A stretch of DNA of 63,342 nucleotides, counting the filler, from Olpidium bornovanus S191 (lineage: Eukaryota; Fungi; Olpidiomycota): NCBI GenBank assembly GCA_017911155.1. It is 24 parts of 24 records of this genome, joined end to end, with 100 filler letters (N's around TTAATTAATTAA, not from the genome) between each part and the next. Parts side by side here need not be neighbours in the genome. Positions count along the whole stretch, not along the records: positions 49,613 to 52,562 come from JAEFCI010010119.1; positions 52,663 to 55,917 come from JAEFCI010003437.1; positions 56,018 to 57,379 come from JAEFCI010000696.1; positions 57,480 to 59,523 come from JAEFCI010001098.1; positions 59,624 to 60,935 come from JAEFCI010001180.1; positions 61,036 to 63,342 come from JAEFCI010004211.1; 18 more parts are not named here. The stretch is one strand, 5' to 3'. The notes under the pieces were generated by a model. That model saw only the letters and a list, made by a program, of their open reading frames with translations. It searched no databases and was not told the DNA's origin. Each line of letters begins with the position of its first letter. Positions within the stretch are counted from its first letter, which is position 1. This document shows, one piece after another, positions 49,613-62,527 of the stretch. The translations under genes and the position numbers were made by a program.

Positions 49613-52087
49613 CATGAAGTCCGGTGACATCAGCCGTGCTTTCATCCAGCGTCATTACAAGCTTTTTTGCAAGGGCGTCAAGGCGGGATTCCGTTGATGA
49701 ATGTGCTCGTATGAGCAGCTCCTGCGTCCGGAGTTGGCGACGTAAGTGGTCTTCTCTTTCCCGAGCTTGATCCGCCATCAGTTGTCCTTGTTGTCGCAGA
49801 TCTTCCACCAGGGCTTTCAGTGACTGGTTCTCGTCTTCTTTTTCCTGGGCTTGATCCGCCATCAGTTGTCCTTGTTGTCGCAGTTCTTTCACCAGGTCTT
49901 TCAGTGACCGGTTCTCGTCCGTCATCATCTGGTGTGCTTCCACAGGCAAGTAAACCCCATTCTTCTCGCGTGTGAATTTTAGTTCGGCGTTGAGGCGGTC
50001 TATCTCAGTGAGATACTCGCGAATCAACGCATCCTTCCTCATTCTCTGGTTAACCTCTGGCTTGTTCCGGATGCTCTTTGCCCGGTTCGCGTAATCCAGG
50101 GTGCTTAGCGTTTCGTCCATGCTGCACTTCGTGGGGCCGACGGTGGCGATCATGGTCGTCTTCGTTCGTCCGCCAAGTGAGTCCTGAAGTAGCCTTGTCA
50201 GTTTGCTTTCGCTGGTCAAAAAGATTAGGTGACGTTAGGGTGCCTGTCACGCAGTTGTCCGCCAATCAACCCCCGCCAATAGGCGAACGGCGCACACGGT
50301 ACCGGTAGGGTACGTGAGAACTCTTTTCGACCAGAGCATTAATGACACGTCCTAAAACAAGAAGTGACTGGTTGATCATGCCAGCTTCTCGCGCTCGCCT
50401 ATTCTCGGCGCCTGACCGACCGATATTCTCGGACCCGGCAAGGTCAACAAAGTTGAGTTTCCCGATGGATCTGATTTGGGTAGAAAACTCTGAGCAAGAT
50501 GATGCACAAAGGACGGCAAAATTGAATCGTGATGCAGTCACACACAGTAAATCTTCGCTGTCCGGCGTGGTTTCCTTCATGTGGACAGTAATCGAAAAAA
50601 TTGTATGAGAGCGACTTCGGCAGTGCAAGAAAAAATGAAAAAAGGGAGAAAGACGGTTAAACAAGAGAACTGTCAACGTAAATCGCATACGGAAGCTTAA
50701 CGCCACCTTGATTTATCATTGCACTTTGTAGCAGCGGTCTGCCTCTTGAGCGACCCCTTTTTCAATATCGTAATTCCATCCACAACATTACTGATCAGAC
50801 GTTCCTCCAGTCCTTGGACAAAGTTGCCTTTGCGTCCATCTTCGAAAATGCGGAGCTTCCGTTGATCGTCCTCCGACGGCGCCAACAGGTCTTTCAATTC
50901 CTCGTTATACAGTTCCAAGTATGATGCTCGTACGGAGAACTCAATAGCGTTGGACTCCAACACTGTAAAAATGTGGTGTAACGCACGCGGGATAATTCCC
51001 GCATTGGCATTCGGTGCAAATTCCGCGGATTCAAGGTCACCCTCTGGGAAAAAGACAGACTACATCAGCAGGAGTTGAGGGCGAGGTAACGACATCACCT
51101 CCAGGCTGACATACCCATTGTGTAGGTCTTTCCCGTTCCTGTTTGCCCATACTGACGTCCAGGGCACCGGGGACGGGGAAAAGGGGTGGGGGCGGAGAGA
51201 TATCAGTCGTGTCGCCTAAACTGGATCAACCCAGCACCATGCGGATAGTGCAGCAGATTTATGCGGCGAAACTCCTGGGGCTTACGCAAAAAACGGAGCA
51301 ATTATACCCCTGTTGAACCTATTTATGACGTCGGCTATCAGATCAATGCAACTGTATATGTGTAAGACTTGCAAGCCGTGCTCGCTGAGCAAAGCCTACC
51401 TCGTCGAGCATCGGTTTGATCACATCGTCGAAAATGTGCTGCTGACGCGCTTCCGGGCCGTAGACGGAGTCGAAGGTATACACCCGAGAGATGTTCGTAT
51501 CCGTAAGGCTGGGACGGACAACGAGGGGATGCGGGCCTTGCGCCTGCAAGAGGGTCGGAAGGCAGTCTCTGACTTCGCGCTCGTTCCGGCCTCTGTGCGG
51601 GAAAGGAAGCGAGGTGATCGTTAGCCGTGCCCGAAGACGGCTGGGAATTAACGCGTTCGTTTTCAGCCCCGGTCAGACTCTGGGCGCGCCCTCCCGTTCC
51701 CGCGCCCTTGTCGGGTACATGAGTAGGATGCACACGGTGGGCCAAACGTGACCGGTAGATTGACAGCGGGGGCGACGACGGCGGGGATTGTGACCATTTC
51801 CTGGCCCTGTCGGACTCCAGACGCGCCGTCGCGTTCACGTGGCCTCGCCGGGTGCGGGAGTGGGGGAAAACAAGGTGGACCAGACGTGACCTGAAGATCG
51901 CCAGGGGGCAGCCGACGATGACGCTTCCTCTTCCTCGCCCCGTCGGACCTTCGACGTGACTTTCCGTTCCCTTGAGCGCTGACCGGCCATCGCCTACAAC
52001 TTACCGGCAACGCACTACGACTTTGATGTTCGCCTCCTTGTCCTTGCTGCTTCCGCTCTCCGCGCCGCCCGCGGCGTTCCCGCCCAT
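49613..52087 (-). CDS. bimC: Kinesin-5 (BimC/Eg5) motor domain and start of stalk (3'-truncated)
   Basis: [15 protein letters not shown]; YTFD.VYGP; [12 protein letters not shown]; AGIIPR; [13 protein letters not shown]; SSRSH.IFSITVH; [16 protein letters not shown]...[20 protein letters not shown]; [21 protein letters not shown]; TLDYA.RAK.I.NKPEVNQ; DV.GLH. Confidence 0.96.
49750..49919. repeat. Tandem 84-nt duplication (28 aa) in the kinesin-5 stalk
   Basis: GCTTGATCCGCCATCAGTTGTCCTTGTTGTCGCAG occurs at 49765 and 49849 (period 84). Confidence 0.9.
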
Positions 52088-52698
52088 GTTCGCGTTCCGG
52101 TATTTGTTCGCCCGAGACGTCCGTGAAAAAAAACGCGCTTTATGCGCTTCCACCCCCCGGCGCCCCCCCCCCCCCCCCCCCCCGTTCGCGGCGCCTTTTT
52201 GACGCGGTCGCGTTATTTCAGACCAGATCACTCTACCCGCGCCGGGCGGCGCCTCGGATGGGCCGCCGGCGCCTCTTAGAAAAAAAAATGCATCTTTTGC
52301 ATCGCGACAACTCCCTCCCCCCCTCCGCGCCCCCCTGTCCGGCACATCCCACGCGTCACCTTCCGGTTTCCAGAATCTTATTTATGACGGCTGTCGATTC
52401 GACGTGCATTATGGGAAATAAAGAACGCGCAATCCCCCTTTTGTCTCTCAAACGCGTTGCTCTTCTGGGAGCGCGTACATCGCGGCCGGACGGAAAACTT
52501 CGGCTTTCCGATTCCGCTTTCCGTGTTAAAACTCCAATTTCAAACGGCCGCGTTCGGGAAGGNNNNNNNNNNNNNNNNNNNNNNNNNNNNNNNNNNNNNN
52601 NNNNNNTTAATTAATTAANNNNNNNNNNNNNNNNNNNNNNNNNNNNNNNNNNNNNNNNNNNNCCCTCCTCCCGGGTGAGCGTGTTTGTGTTCCCCGCG

Positions 52699-52759
<61 letters not shown>

Positions 52760-52883
52760 TTTTCCCGGGTCTGAACCCGCCCGTTTATGGAAAAAAAAAA
52801 CCATTTTTTTTTGCCGTGCCGGTCCCTGAATCACCTCTCGTTAATCTTTTTCGACTCGCGGCCGGGAAAAAAAAAAAAAAAAA

Positions 52884-53059
52884 AGGTTCGCAAGAACGAC
52901 TACGAGCTCAAACGGCAGTACGTTCCCGACGTCAACGTTCCCTCCGCGGATACGGCGGCGCAGCCGCCGGTCGGGAAGCCGGCTCTCCCCGCCGGACCTT
53001 CGGCGGCCGCCCTTGTGGAAGGCATCAGCAGTATCCAGTCGGCGTTGAAGGGCGCCTGA
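52884..53059 (+). CDS. Probable terminal exon of an unidentified gene
   Basis: After a possible AG acceptor: VRKNDYELKRQYVPDVNVPS...SALKGA-stop. Coding-like composition; no family recognised. Confidence 0.3.
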
Positions 53060-53321
53060 ATTTGCAAGAGGCGCTTCCGCCCCATTCGGGGTCGAAAAAA
53101 GTTCCAGCAGCGCCTCAGCTGACAGTTTTCGTTCTTTGCCGTGTTCACTCCCTTCCCCCCGGCCCCGGGAAAATAAAGCCAGGATGACGCTTCTGCGTGC
53201 GAGGTCGGACGGAACGTCGCCAGACCGCAATCATATATGTACAGGCCACCTGCGGGCGCGATCCAATATACATACCGCGATAGCTCACTAAGCCCTGCTT
53301 CTCGAGCAGCGGGACTTTGAA

Positions 53322-53650
53322 CCGGGAAAACTGCCTCTTCGTCCCCTTGAGCAGCCCGGCCTTTGCCGTCCTCCCCTTCACGAAATGCTCCTTTCCTTTC
53401 TCGGCAGCAAGAGGCTTGCGTCCCTTGGTGGCTGCGCTGCCGACGTTGATTTTGACCTTCGGCGGCACAGCAAGGCCGAAGGCCTTGGCGCACGTGGTTA
53501 GATTCAGTTGGTTGAAATTGAAGACAGCTTTGAGGGGGTGCGAGGCGTACGCCTGTAGGTAGGAGCGGTAGCCGTCCCGCGCGGCTTTGTTGAGGTAGTA
53601 GTTATTCTCCCCCAGCCGTTCCAGCTGCGGTTGATGCGGTTGATTTGCAA
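53322..53650 (-). pseudogene. HAS1: Orphan C-terminal fragment of DEAD-box helicase HAS1/DDX18 (DUF4217 region plus basic tail)
   Basis: QLE.L..NYYL.K.A.DGYRSYLQAYASH.LK..F..NQL....AK.FG..VPPKV.I..G is unmistakably Has1. No helicase core exists in the approx. 500 nt before the upstream gene's stop. Confidence 0.75.
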
Positions 53651-54154
53651 GATTCCTATTGCCAAACGGTTGCATACAAAAACTTTTGCCCTTTCTCCGC
53701 CGTAAGCCACCCCGATCGTATCGCTCCAAGCGCGGATTTCTCATTTGGGCTTTGATTCCACCCGACAAGACCGCAATATCCCTTTTCGGTTGAGAGACGT
53801 GGGCCGGACGTCGAACTGATTCGGTCCCGCCTCCGTCCGCCTCCTCCGCGCCCGCGATTCACAGCTGGAACTTCCCCCCTCCCGCCCTCCGCATCGAGAG
53901 TTCCCGTGCACCCGGGGGACCGTCGACGTTCGCAAAAACCGTGTCCGTCCGCGTTGGACGCGGCGCGGAGAGCTTGAAAGAGCCGGGGCACGACCCGGCG
54001 GGCGACGACGCGGTCCCTGCGCGCAGAAAGGTGCAGCGCCCCGGCAGAGGACTGGCGGGCGAACTCGGTTGTGCGCCCGGCAAGGGGCAGCACGGTCGCG
54101 GCTGCCGTATGAAAAGGGTACGATCCGAGCGAGCCCTAAGCGGTTCAGACGGGG

Positions 54155-55105
54155 TCATTTGCAGGAGACAGGCGCCGTGGGCGGCTGGTAGCCGAGCTGC
54201 TCTTTTCCCGTTAGCGGGTTGGCTGAGAGGTAGACGGAAATGCAGGGGATGTGTCTTGTGACCAACAATCTAAGCGGCGAGGCAACCCCGCCGCCCCAGC
54301 AACAGCAACAAAATTAGAACGGGGTTAGCGGTTCCCAGCCGCGGAAGACTGTCGCTGGGGCGGCGACGTCCTCAACGCGGGCTATTGCGGCACCGCGCGC
54401 CGCCCACGAACGAAAGGCTCGAGACGTACGTATCCAACTCCCGCTCTTTCGGCACCCACTCGTCCACCTCGTCCTCAGTGCCTATCGCCGTATACTGGTG
54501 CAGGGTCCCGTTGTTTCTCCGCTTAACGATCTCGACGATCGACACGGCCTTCGTTATCGCTTTGCCGGCACCGATGATCTGCACGCAAGGGCTATTTCCC
54601 TCCTGTCGCGAAAACGCAGTCGAGCGGCGGCCATTAGGAGACACGCCGACGGTGGTTTCTTTTTTTGGCCTTCGCGAGCGGTTTGACGAAATGCCAAACG
54701 GGAAAGACAGAGAGGGGGGGGAGATAAAGAGAGAAAGAGCGCCGAAAGGGAAAAAAACGACTTTTCTCCCACTTCGAGCACAGCCAGAGCCCGCGAGACG
54801 AGTATCCGGATCTTGCTGCTCGCCCTGACCCGGACAACATTCGGCGGGACATGTCCTTTCGCGCCGGCGCCTTCCTCGGCCGCACCCTCCTCAAGCGCCG
54901 CCTCCTTCTCCTCGTCCAGCTGGTCGGCACTACCCTCCTCGGCTCCGGCGCTCGGGCCGTCCTCCTCGCCGCGCGCTTCCGGCGCGCGCCTCTTTTGCTC
55001 CGCCTTCCTGGCCGCTTTCGCGGCCCTCTTCGCCCTCCTCTTCGCCCCGGCCCCGGCCGTGGTCGCCCCTCCTGCCGCGGCTGGGCGGTGCTCGAAGTTT
55101 TCCAT
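54155..55105 (-). CDS. RPP25: Alba-family RNase P/MRP subunit, Rpp25/Pop6-like (multi-exon)
   Basis: PPNVVRVRASSKIRILVSRAL; IIGAGKAITKAVSIVEIVKRR..LHQYT.I..DEWVP..LD; last exon LLVTRHIPCISVYLS.NPL...GYQPP..-stop at 54155. Confidence 0.85.
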
Positions 55106-55619
55106 TTTTTTTTTTTTTTTGGTGGGGGTCGAAGGGTTGAACTTTACGGGAAAAAAACGCACCGCGGGTTATTTACGCTGACAAGAGATTTATTTTTTTT
55201 TTCTCGTTTTGTTTTCCTTTTTTTGTTGCGGAAGGGTCTCGCCGGTTGCTCCCGGCGTTGTGTTTTTGGTGGAATTTCGGTTTTATGCAAGAATCGGCCG
55301 CGTAATCCTCTCCTCTGTGAGATGGCCGAAAACGAAGCCAGTGCAGTGCAGCATACACGATACGGACCCGGTCCCGCGCCGTAAGCGACGGCCGTGCCGT
55401 GCCTTACGCGGCAGTTCCGTGCCCTCGGCAAACCAAGTGTAGAGCTCCGCCTCATTAAGAATCTTGCCGAATCAAGCGAGAAGACCCGTAGGGAAAACCT
55501 CGGTCCCAAGCCGAAAGAGTGCGCGCCCGGCGATTTGACGATGATGCAGTCGCCTTGGTGAAACCCACCGCGCTCCTCCCCAGGATTATCCTCATTGTGA
55601 CTCTTGCTCCCCGTAAGGT

Positions 55620-55890
55620 GGACAATCTGTACGTGCCAAATCATTTCCGTGAACTCGCAATGGACGGAGACCAGGCAAAGCCTTGGTGAACCGGTCCGCG
55701 CGTGTTCTCGGCGGAAAAAGACCTTGCGAATGCCAACGTCCGTACCGACGTGTTAGCGCGCAGCAAAAAAAAAAACTTCGGTGTGATATGCTTCGTCATG
55801 TCACTCTTGATGCAGCCGTTCTTCGTCCGCCCGAGGCAGGCCGCGTTATCCTCATCGAGTGGTGTTGGCGTGCTGTTATACAGGATACCT
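55620..55890 (-). mobile_element. Degenerate Ty1/copia RNase H C-terminus (TKHIxPKFF variant)
   Basis: TPTPLDEDNAACLG..KNGCIKSDMTKHITPKFF...SAEN, frameshift, ADRFTKALP. Confidence 0.7.
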
Positions 55891-56017
55891 GAAATTCAAC
55901 AAATGTCGTTTAAGGCGNNNNNNNNNNNNNNNNNNNNNNNNNNNNNNNNNNNNNNNNNNNNTTAATTAATTAANNNNNNNNNNNNNNNNNNNNNNNNNNN
56001 NNNNNNNNNNNNNNNNN

Positions 56018-57379
<1,362 letters not shown>

Positions 57380-57740
57380 NNNNNNNNNNNNNNNNNNNNN
57401 NNNNNNNNNNNNNNNNNNNNNNNTTAATTAATTAANNNNNNNNNNNNNNNNNNNNNNNNNNNNNNNNNNNNNNNNNNNNCCGCCAGGGGCGGCTGTTTCA
57501 GCATGTGATGCTGGATTGCCCGCCCGGCTCTTCACTTTCGATTTGTTGCAGCGCGCGCCGATAGAAAGCCGGCCTTCTGACGAGGGAGGGGAGGAGGGGG
57601 TGCGGGTGGAGTGGGGCGGGGGGCGGGGCGGGGCGGGGGGGGGGGGGGGGGCGGGGCGGGAAAGAGGAGAGAGAGAGAGAGAGAGAAAGAGCAAGAGCGC
57701 GAGAGAGAGAGAGACAGCGAGGAAAAAGGGGAAGAAACCG

Positions 57741-57775
<35 letters not shown>

Positions 57776-57871
57776 CAACAACCGCCCAACTCAGACGAAA
57801 CCGAAAAGAAGAAGAAGAAGAAGAAGAAAAAAGGAACCAGCCAGGCGGGTCTCGGCTTCACGCCGCCCGGA

Positions 57872-59289
57872 ATGTCCCAAGCCCCCGCCGCAGCCGCCGC
57901 CGCCGCGAGGCGGCCGGACCGCAAGCGGAAGGCCGCCGACGACGACAACCCCGCCGCCGCCGCCGCCGCCGCCGCCGCCGACCCTTCCGCCGCCCCTTCC
58001 GCCGCCCCTTCCGCCGCCCCCTCCGCCGCCCGCACGCCGCGCCCGCCCGCCGCCGAGGCCTCGGGCGGGCCGCCGGCGGCCTCCTTCGTCGAGGCGTTCG
58101 TCAAGCGGACGCTCCGCCCCGAGCGCGGAGCGGACGCCGTCTACGACGCCAAGGTCCGCGGCAAGCAGCTGGTCCTGGACCCGTTCGTCGCGCCCGCCGA
58201 CAAGGACGCGCGGAAGCGGAAGAAGGAGGCCGAAAGAACCGCCCGGAGGAAGAAGGCCGCCGGCGTCAAGCCGCTCACGGCGCGGGAGAAGAGGGCCGCC
58301 GGCGTGTACGACGTGCCCAGGGAGGCCGCCAGGTGCGCTCGCGCGCGCGGGAGGGAAGGAGAAGGCAGAGGGGCCGGGGGGGGGGGGGGGGGGGGAGGGG
58401 GGGGAACGGGAGGAGAACGGCCGGGGGGTTCTCTCTCTTTTCGCGCGCGTTGAATGAACGGGCGCTATGATTGTGTCATCCCTCGGACCCGCGTGTGCTC
58501 ACCGTCTGCGCGGTTTGCCGGTTGCAGGTACTCCGCGTTTTTGCCTCTTCACGAGCTGTGGAAGGGATACATGAAGGAGCTTTTGGCAAACACCTCCGGC
58601 ACCGCCAGCGCCCAACGGCTTCTCAAGGCCGACTTCCACGGCTGCAGGATGGCCGGTACGCGGGTGGGGGGGGTGGGGGGGAATTTGGGAAGTTCGGAAG
58701 GAAAAAAAAGAAAAATAAAATTCGAACCTCCGTTCCACAGTGGTGCGGTCAAAGTGTCCGTCGTACGTGGGAATGTGTGGCCTGATGGTGAAGGAGACGG
58801 AGAACTGTTTTTCCGTCGTGACGGAGAGGAACGAGCTGAAAGGTGCGCGAGGGATGGGGGTCAGCGGGGTTAAAACGGGGCCGGGGCTGTGTGTTCGCGG
58901 ACGCTCGTTTTTTTTTTGTTTGCCCCGGCGGCGTCTGGGGCGCGCGGGCGTGGTTTTTCCTCGTTCTTTCTCCCTCTTACTCTTTCTCTCCCGCTCACTC
59001 ACGTTCTCCTTCACTTTATATATCTCTCTGATTCTTTCTCCCTCTCCCGTTCTCTCTCTCCCTATATCCCACGCAAATCTCTCTCTCCCTCCCTCACTGT
59101 CTCCCTCCTCCGTCGTTCCCCCCCGACTTTTCCCCCCACCTTCTCCTGCCAGTGATACCGAAAACAAACAATGTCTTCTCCATCGGATTCGAGGACCAGG
59201 TGTTCACGATCTACGGCAACCAGTTTCGCTGCAGATCCGCCGAGCGGGCGGCCCGGAAGTGGAAGGCCAGGCCCTCGATAGACATGTGA
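57872..59289 (+). CDS. POP4: RNase P/MRP subunit Pop4/Rpp29 (4 exons) with Ala-rich N-terminal extension
   Basis: Y..FLPLHELWKGYM.ELL; LLKADFHGC; VVRSKCPSYVG..GL.VKET.N.F.VVT; IPK..NVF..IYG.QF..R.AERA.RKWK..-stop. Confidence 0.92.
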
Positions 59290-59733
59290 AAACTCTCGAA
59301 CGGCGCGAGAGGGGGATGAGGCAGGGCCTCGATAGATATGTGTGAATTCTTTGGTGCTCGAAGTGTGCCGCTCGCCTTCTTTTCCGGACGAGGGAAAGAA
59401 GCCATGACGAAACAAAGCACGCTTCCCCAGCCCTCGCTCTCTATCCATCCCGTTTGGAAGTCCAGTTTTCCCCGTGCACAACGATGCAGTTTGGTTCCGT
59501 CATTCTGATGTACTTGTACTTACNNNNNNNNNNNNNNNNNNNNNNNNNNNNNNNNNNNNNNNNNNNNTTAATTAATTAANNNNNNNNNNNNNNNNNNNNN
59601 NNNNNNNNNNNNNNNNNNNNNNNCATGGTACGGAGGGGCTGGACTTTGCTTGCGGTTGTTACTTTGATGATGCCGGCTGCGGACTCTCAGGCATTGTCGT
59701 ATCTAAACCCAGAGGATCGGGAAGGCCTCGCTT

Positions 59734-60699
59734 ATGCAAATTCTGGCTGTAGCTACCTTGCTATCTCTGGTCTGGACATCAGCCGTCAACGGCGCCAAGT
59801 GCGTAGACGAGTATATGCGAGCAAGGGCATCTTCATTGGCAGGATTGCCTTCATCCACAAACTCGGGCGGGGCAACGGCCACGCCGGCAACACCCGCCTC
59901 GCCCACCGACGACAGCAGGGCAACGCCCACGCAGGACATCTCTGTAATCACAGGCTTCCCTTCATCCACCGACGCCGGCGTCGCGACGCCCACCCAGGAC
60001 ACCTCCGTTATTACAGGCGCCCCTTCACCCACCGACGCTGGCGTGGCGACGCCCACCCAAGACACCGCCGTAATGACAGGCTCCACTTCACCCACCGACG
60101 CTGGCGTGCTGACGCCCACGCCGGATACCTCGGTGATCACAGTGGAGCCAACTAGCACTGCCGCTGACCCCACGACCGGCGGGGGAGAATTGATTTCCGT
60201 CACACTCACGTCCGCCAGTGGAACTTTCACCGTTGGGAACGGCACAGGATGCTTCAACGTAGATGTCTCGAACGGCCCCGTCACGAGCACGTCAATCCCG
60301 GCGGATGGCAACGGATACTACCTGTACGGTGCATCCGGGTGCACCTCGAGTATGCGAATCAACCGCAAACTGTACCTCGGCCCGGTTGTGTTCGCTGTCC
60401 CGCTGAACGTACGGTCCGTGAGGATCGCGCCGACAACTGCCAAGCCGCTGGACCCGGTCCCGAAAGCGGTGCTCACGACCTACTTGGGCGAGACCGTCAC
60501 CTTTTCCGGCGGGTTTGATTGCTTCAGCCTCCCGTTCGGGAAATGGTATGTCAGGGCCTCAACGCCCGACCGCGTCGGCTTGACGCTGTACGCGGCTCGC
60601 GGCTGCCGCCGCCAAACGATGATGAACCGGCGGCCACTAGTCGGCACCAGAAATTTCAGGCCTGCGAGGGCGCTGTCGGCGCGTTTGTCGCAGATGTAG
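59734..60699 (+). CDS. Predicted secreted protein: signal peptide, Thr/Ser/Pro-rich repeat stalk, two Cys-paired approx. 80-aa modules; intronless, 321 aa
   Basis: MQILAVATLLSLVWTSAVNG signal-like; four 21-aa repeats; two similar modules with pattern (T/V)..G..CF.......(S/A).......LY...GC......G.......S.R. Confidence 0.8.
   Translation: MQILAVATLLSLVWTSAVNGAKCVDEYMRARASSLAGLPSSTNSGGATATPATPASPTDDSRATPTQDISVITGFPSSTDAGVATPTQDTSVITGAPSPTDAGVATPTQDTAVMTGSTSPTDAGVLTPTPDTSVITVEPTSTAADPTTGGGELISVTLTSASGTFTVGNGTGCFNVDVSNGPVTSTSIPADGNGYYLYGASGCTSSMRINRKLYLGPVVFAVPLNVRSVRIAPTTAKPLDPVPKAVLTTYLGETVTFSGGFDCFSLPFGKWYVRASTPDRVGLTLYAARGCRRQTMMNRRPLVGTRNFRPARALSARLSQM
59902..60153 (+). repeat. Four 63-nt coding tandem repeats
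   Basis: PTDDSRATPTQDISVITGFPS / STDAGVATPTQDTSVITGAPS / PTDAGVATPTQDTAVMTGSTS / PTDAGVLTPTPDTSVITVEPT. Confidence 0.9.
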
Positions 60700-61038
60700 C
60701 AGAAGTGGCGCTGCCTTGGCATGGAAATAAAATCCCGCAAGAATTTGATTCGGAGCCTTTCGGCCAAGCTCAAAAGCGACTTGATTTTTTTATTGTTTTC
60801 TTCGCCGTATACGTCATGCGGACGATCTATGCCGACGTTTCACAAAGCAGCGAAGCCGGCCGGAGAGACGCCGACTGAGATGAGACCCCGGAATCATTTG
60901 TCCGTCCCAGAATACCCAGTTGGAAACTCTGGATCNNNNNNNNNNNNNNNNNNNNNNNNNNNNNNNNNNNNNNNNNNNNTTAATTAATTAANNNNNNNNN
61001 NNNNNNNNNNNNNNNNNNNNNNNNNNNNNNNNNNNAAC

Positions 61039-62527
61039 ATGCTAGACACGATCCCCAGCCCGCTCCTGGACAGGATGGACGTGATTCAGCTTTCAGGCTA
61101 CATTGCGGACGAGAAGTTGGCCATCGCCACCCGGTATCTCGCACCACAGGCGAAGGTTGCCGCGGGCCTGGAGCACGCCAATGTGCCCCTTCACCGCGAC
61201 GGGGTCGAAGCCCTTATTCGGCACTACTGCCGGGAGAGCGGGGTGCGCAATCTCAAGAAGCACGTCGACAAGATCTTCCGCAAGGCGGCCCTCCGCGTCG
61301 TGCAGGAGTGTCCCGAGATTGAGGAGCTGGAGAAGGCGGCAGTGGACGAGACGGCCAGAGAGTTAGCGGATAAGCGGACGGCAGATGCGGCGAAAGATTC
61401 GGCGGACTCGGCGACCGCGGCGGCGGGCGGCGCCGAGAATGCCAACCGGGAGGAGAAAAGCCAAATCCCGGCGTCTAACGTGTCGACGGACGGGAAACCG
61501 GTGGCATCGTCGAAGGTTACGAAGGAAAGCGCATCAGAAGCCCCCGTCATCGCCGTCGAAACCTCGACCATCCGGCGCAAGCCTCTTCCCGTCCCGGAAT
61601 ACTTTAAACTTGACATCACAGCGGACAACTTGAAAGACTTCGTCGGCCCTCCGGTCTTCTCCAGCGACAGGCTGTACGACACAACCCCGGCCGGCGTTGT
61701 CATGGGGTTGGCTTGGACCAGCATGGGTGCGTTGTGTCTGCCTGGAAACCCATTGCCTGCCACCTGGAAGCTGACATTTCAGAATTATATTCTGGTATAT
61801 GCCAGGCGGATCCGCCTTGTACGTGGAGTCGTGCCTCGAGTCTCCCCTGACAGGAAGGGAGAAAGCCGACGGCCGTGACAATGACAAGGACAAGCGCAGC
61901 CGCGGGCCATCCTTGAGCAAAACGGGACAGATGGGGGACGTCATGAAGGAGTCGACTACAATTGCATACACCTTTGCGAAAAGCCTGATCGCCCGCCGGT
62001 TCCCGGAGAACGATTTCTTTGATCTGGCAGCGATACATCTGCATGTCCCCGAAGGCGCGACACCAAAAGACGGTCAGTTTTGTTTGGGTGTAGTTCACAC
62101 ACGTTGAGTCTTCGGGATTTTTATCTGCCCCAGTTTGAAAACTGATTTGTTCTTTCCCGTCGGTTCCGATCCAGGTCCTTCGGCAGGAATAACGATGGCG
62201 ACGTCCTTGCTGTCCCTAGCGCTGGATAAGCCGGTCTCGCCAGTCATCGCCATGACGGGCGAGCTCACCCTGACGGGCAAAGTACTTAAGATTGGCGGTC
62301 TACGGGACAAGGCCATAGCCGCTAAGCGTTCCGGGGTGACGACGCTAATCTTCCCGGCAGCCAACCGTGCCGACTGGGACGACCTGCCAGAGAACGTGCG
62401 GGAGGGCCTGTCGGGAATGCCTGTCGACTGGTACGAAGACGTGTATAAGATCGTGTTCGCGGGCGCCGACCGACCGCCCACGCCCTCGGAAAAATCGCCC
62501 GTAATGGACAACCCGACCGGGCGGTGA
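61039..62527 (+). CDS. PIM1: Mitochondrial Lon protease, C-terminal part (5'-truncated)
   Basis: DTIP.PLLDRM.VI.LSGY...EK..IA..YL; ESGVRNL.K...KI.RK.A; [13 protein letters not shown]; [11 protein letters not shown]; [18 protein letters not shown] (catalytic Ser); AMTGE.TLTG.VL.IGGL.DK (catalytic Lys). Confidence 0.97.

Noticed and set aside
59268-59346. Short imperfect duplication of the last POP4 codons in the 3' UTR
   Set aside because: Only about 23 nt and downstream of the stop; likely a local slippage event.
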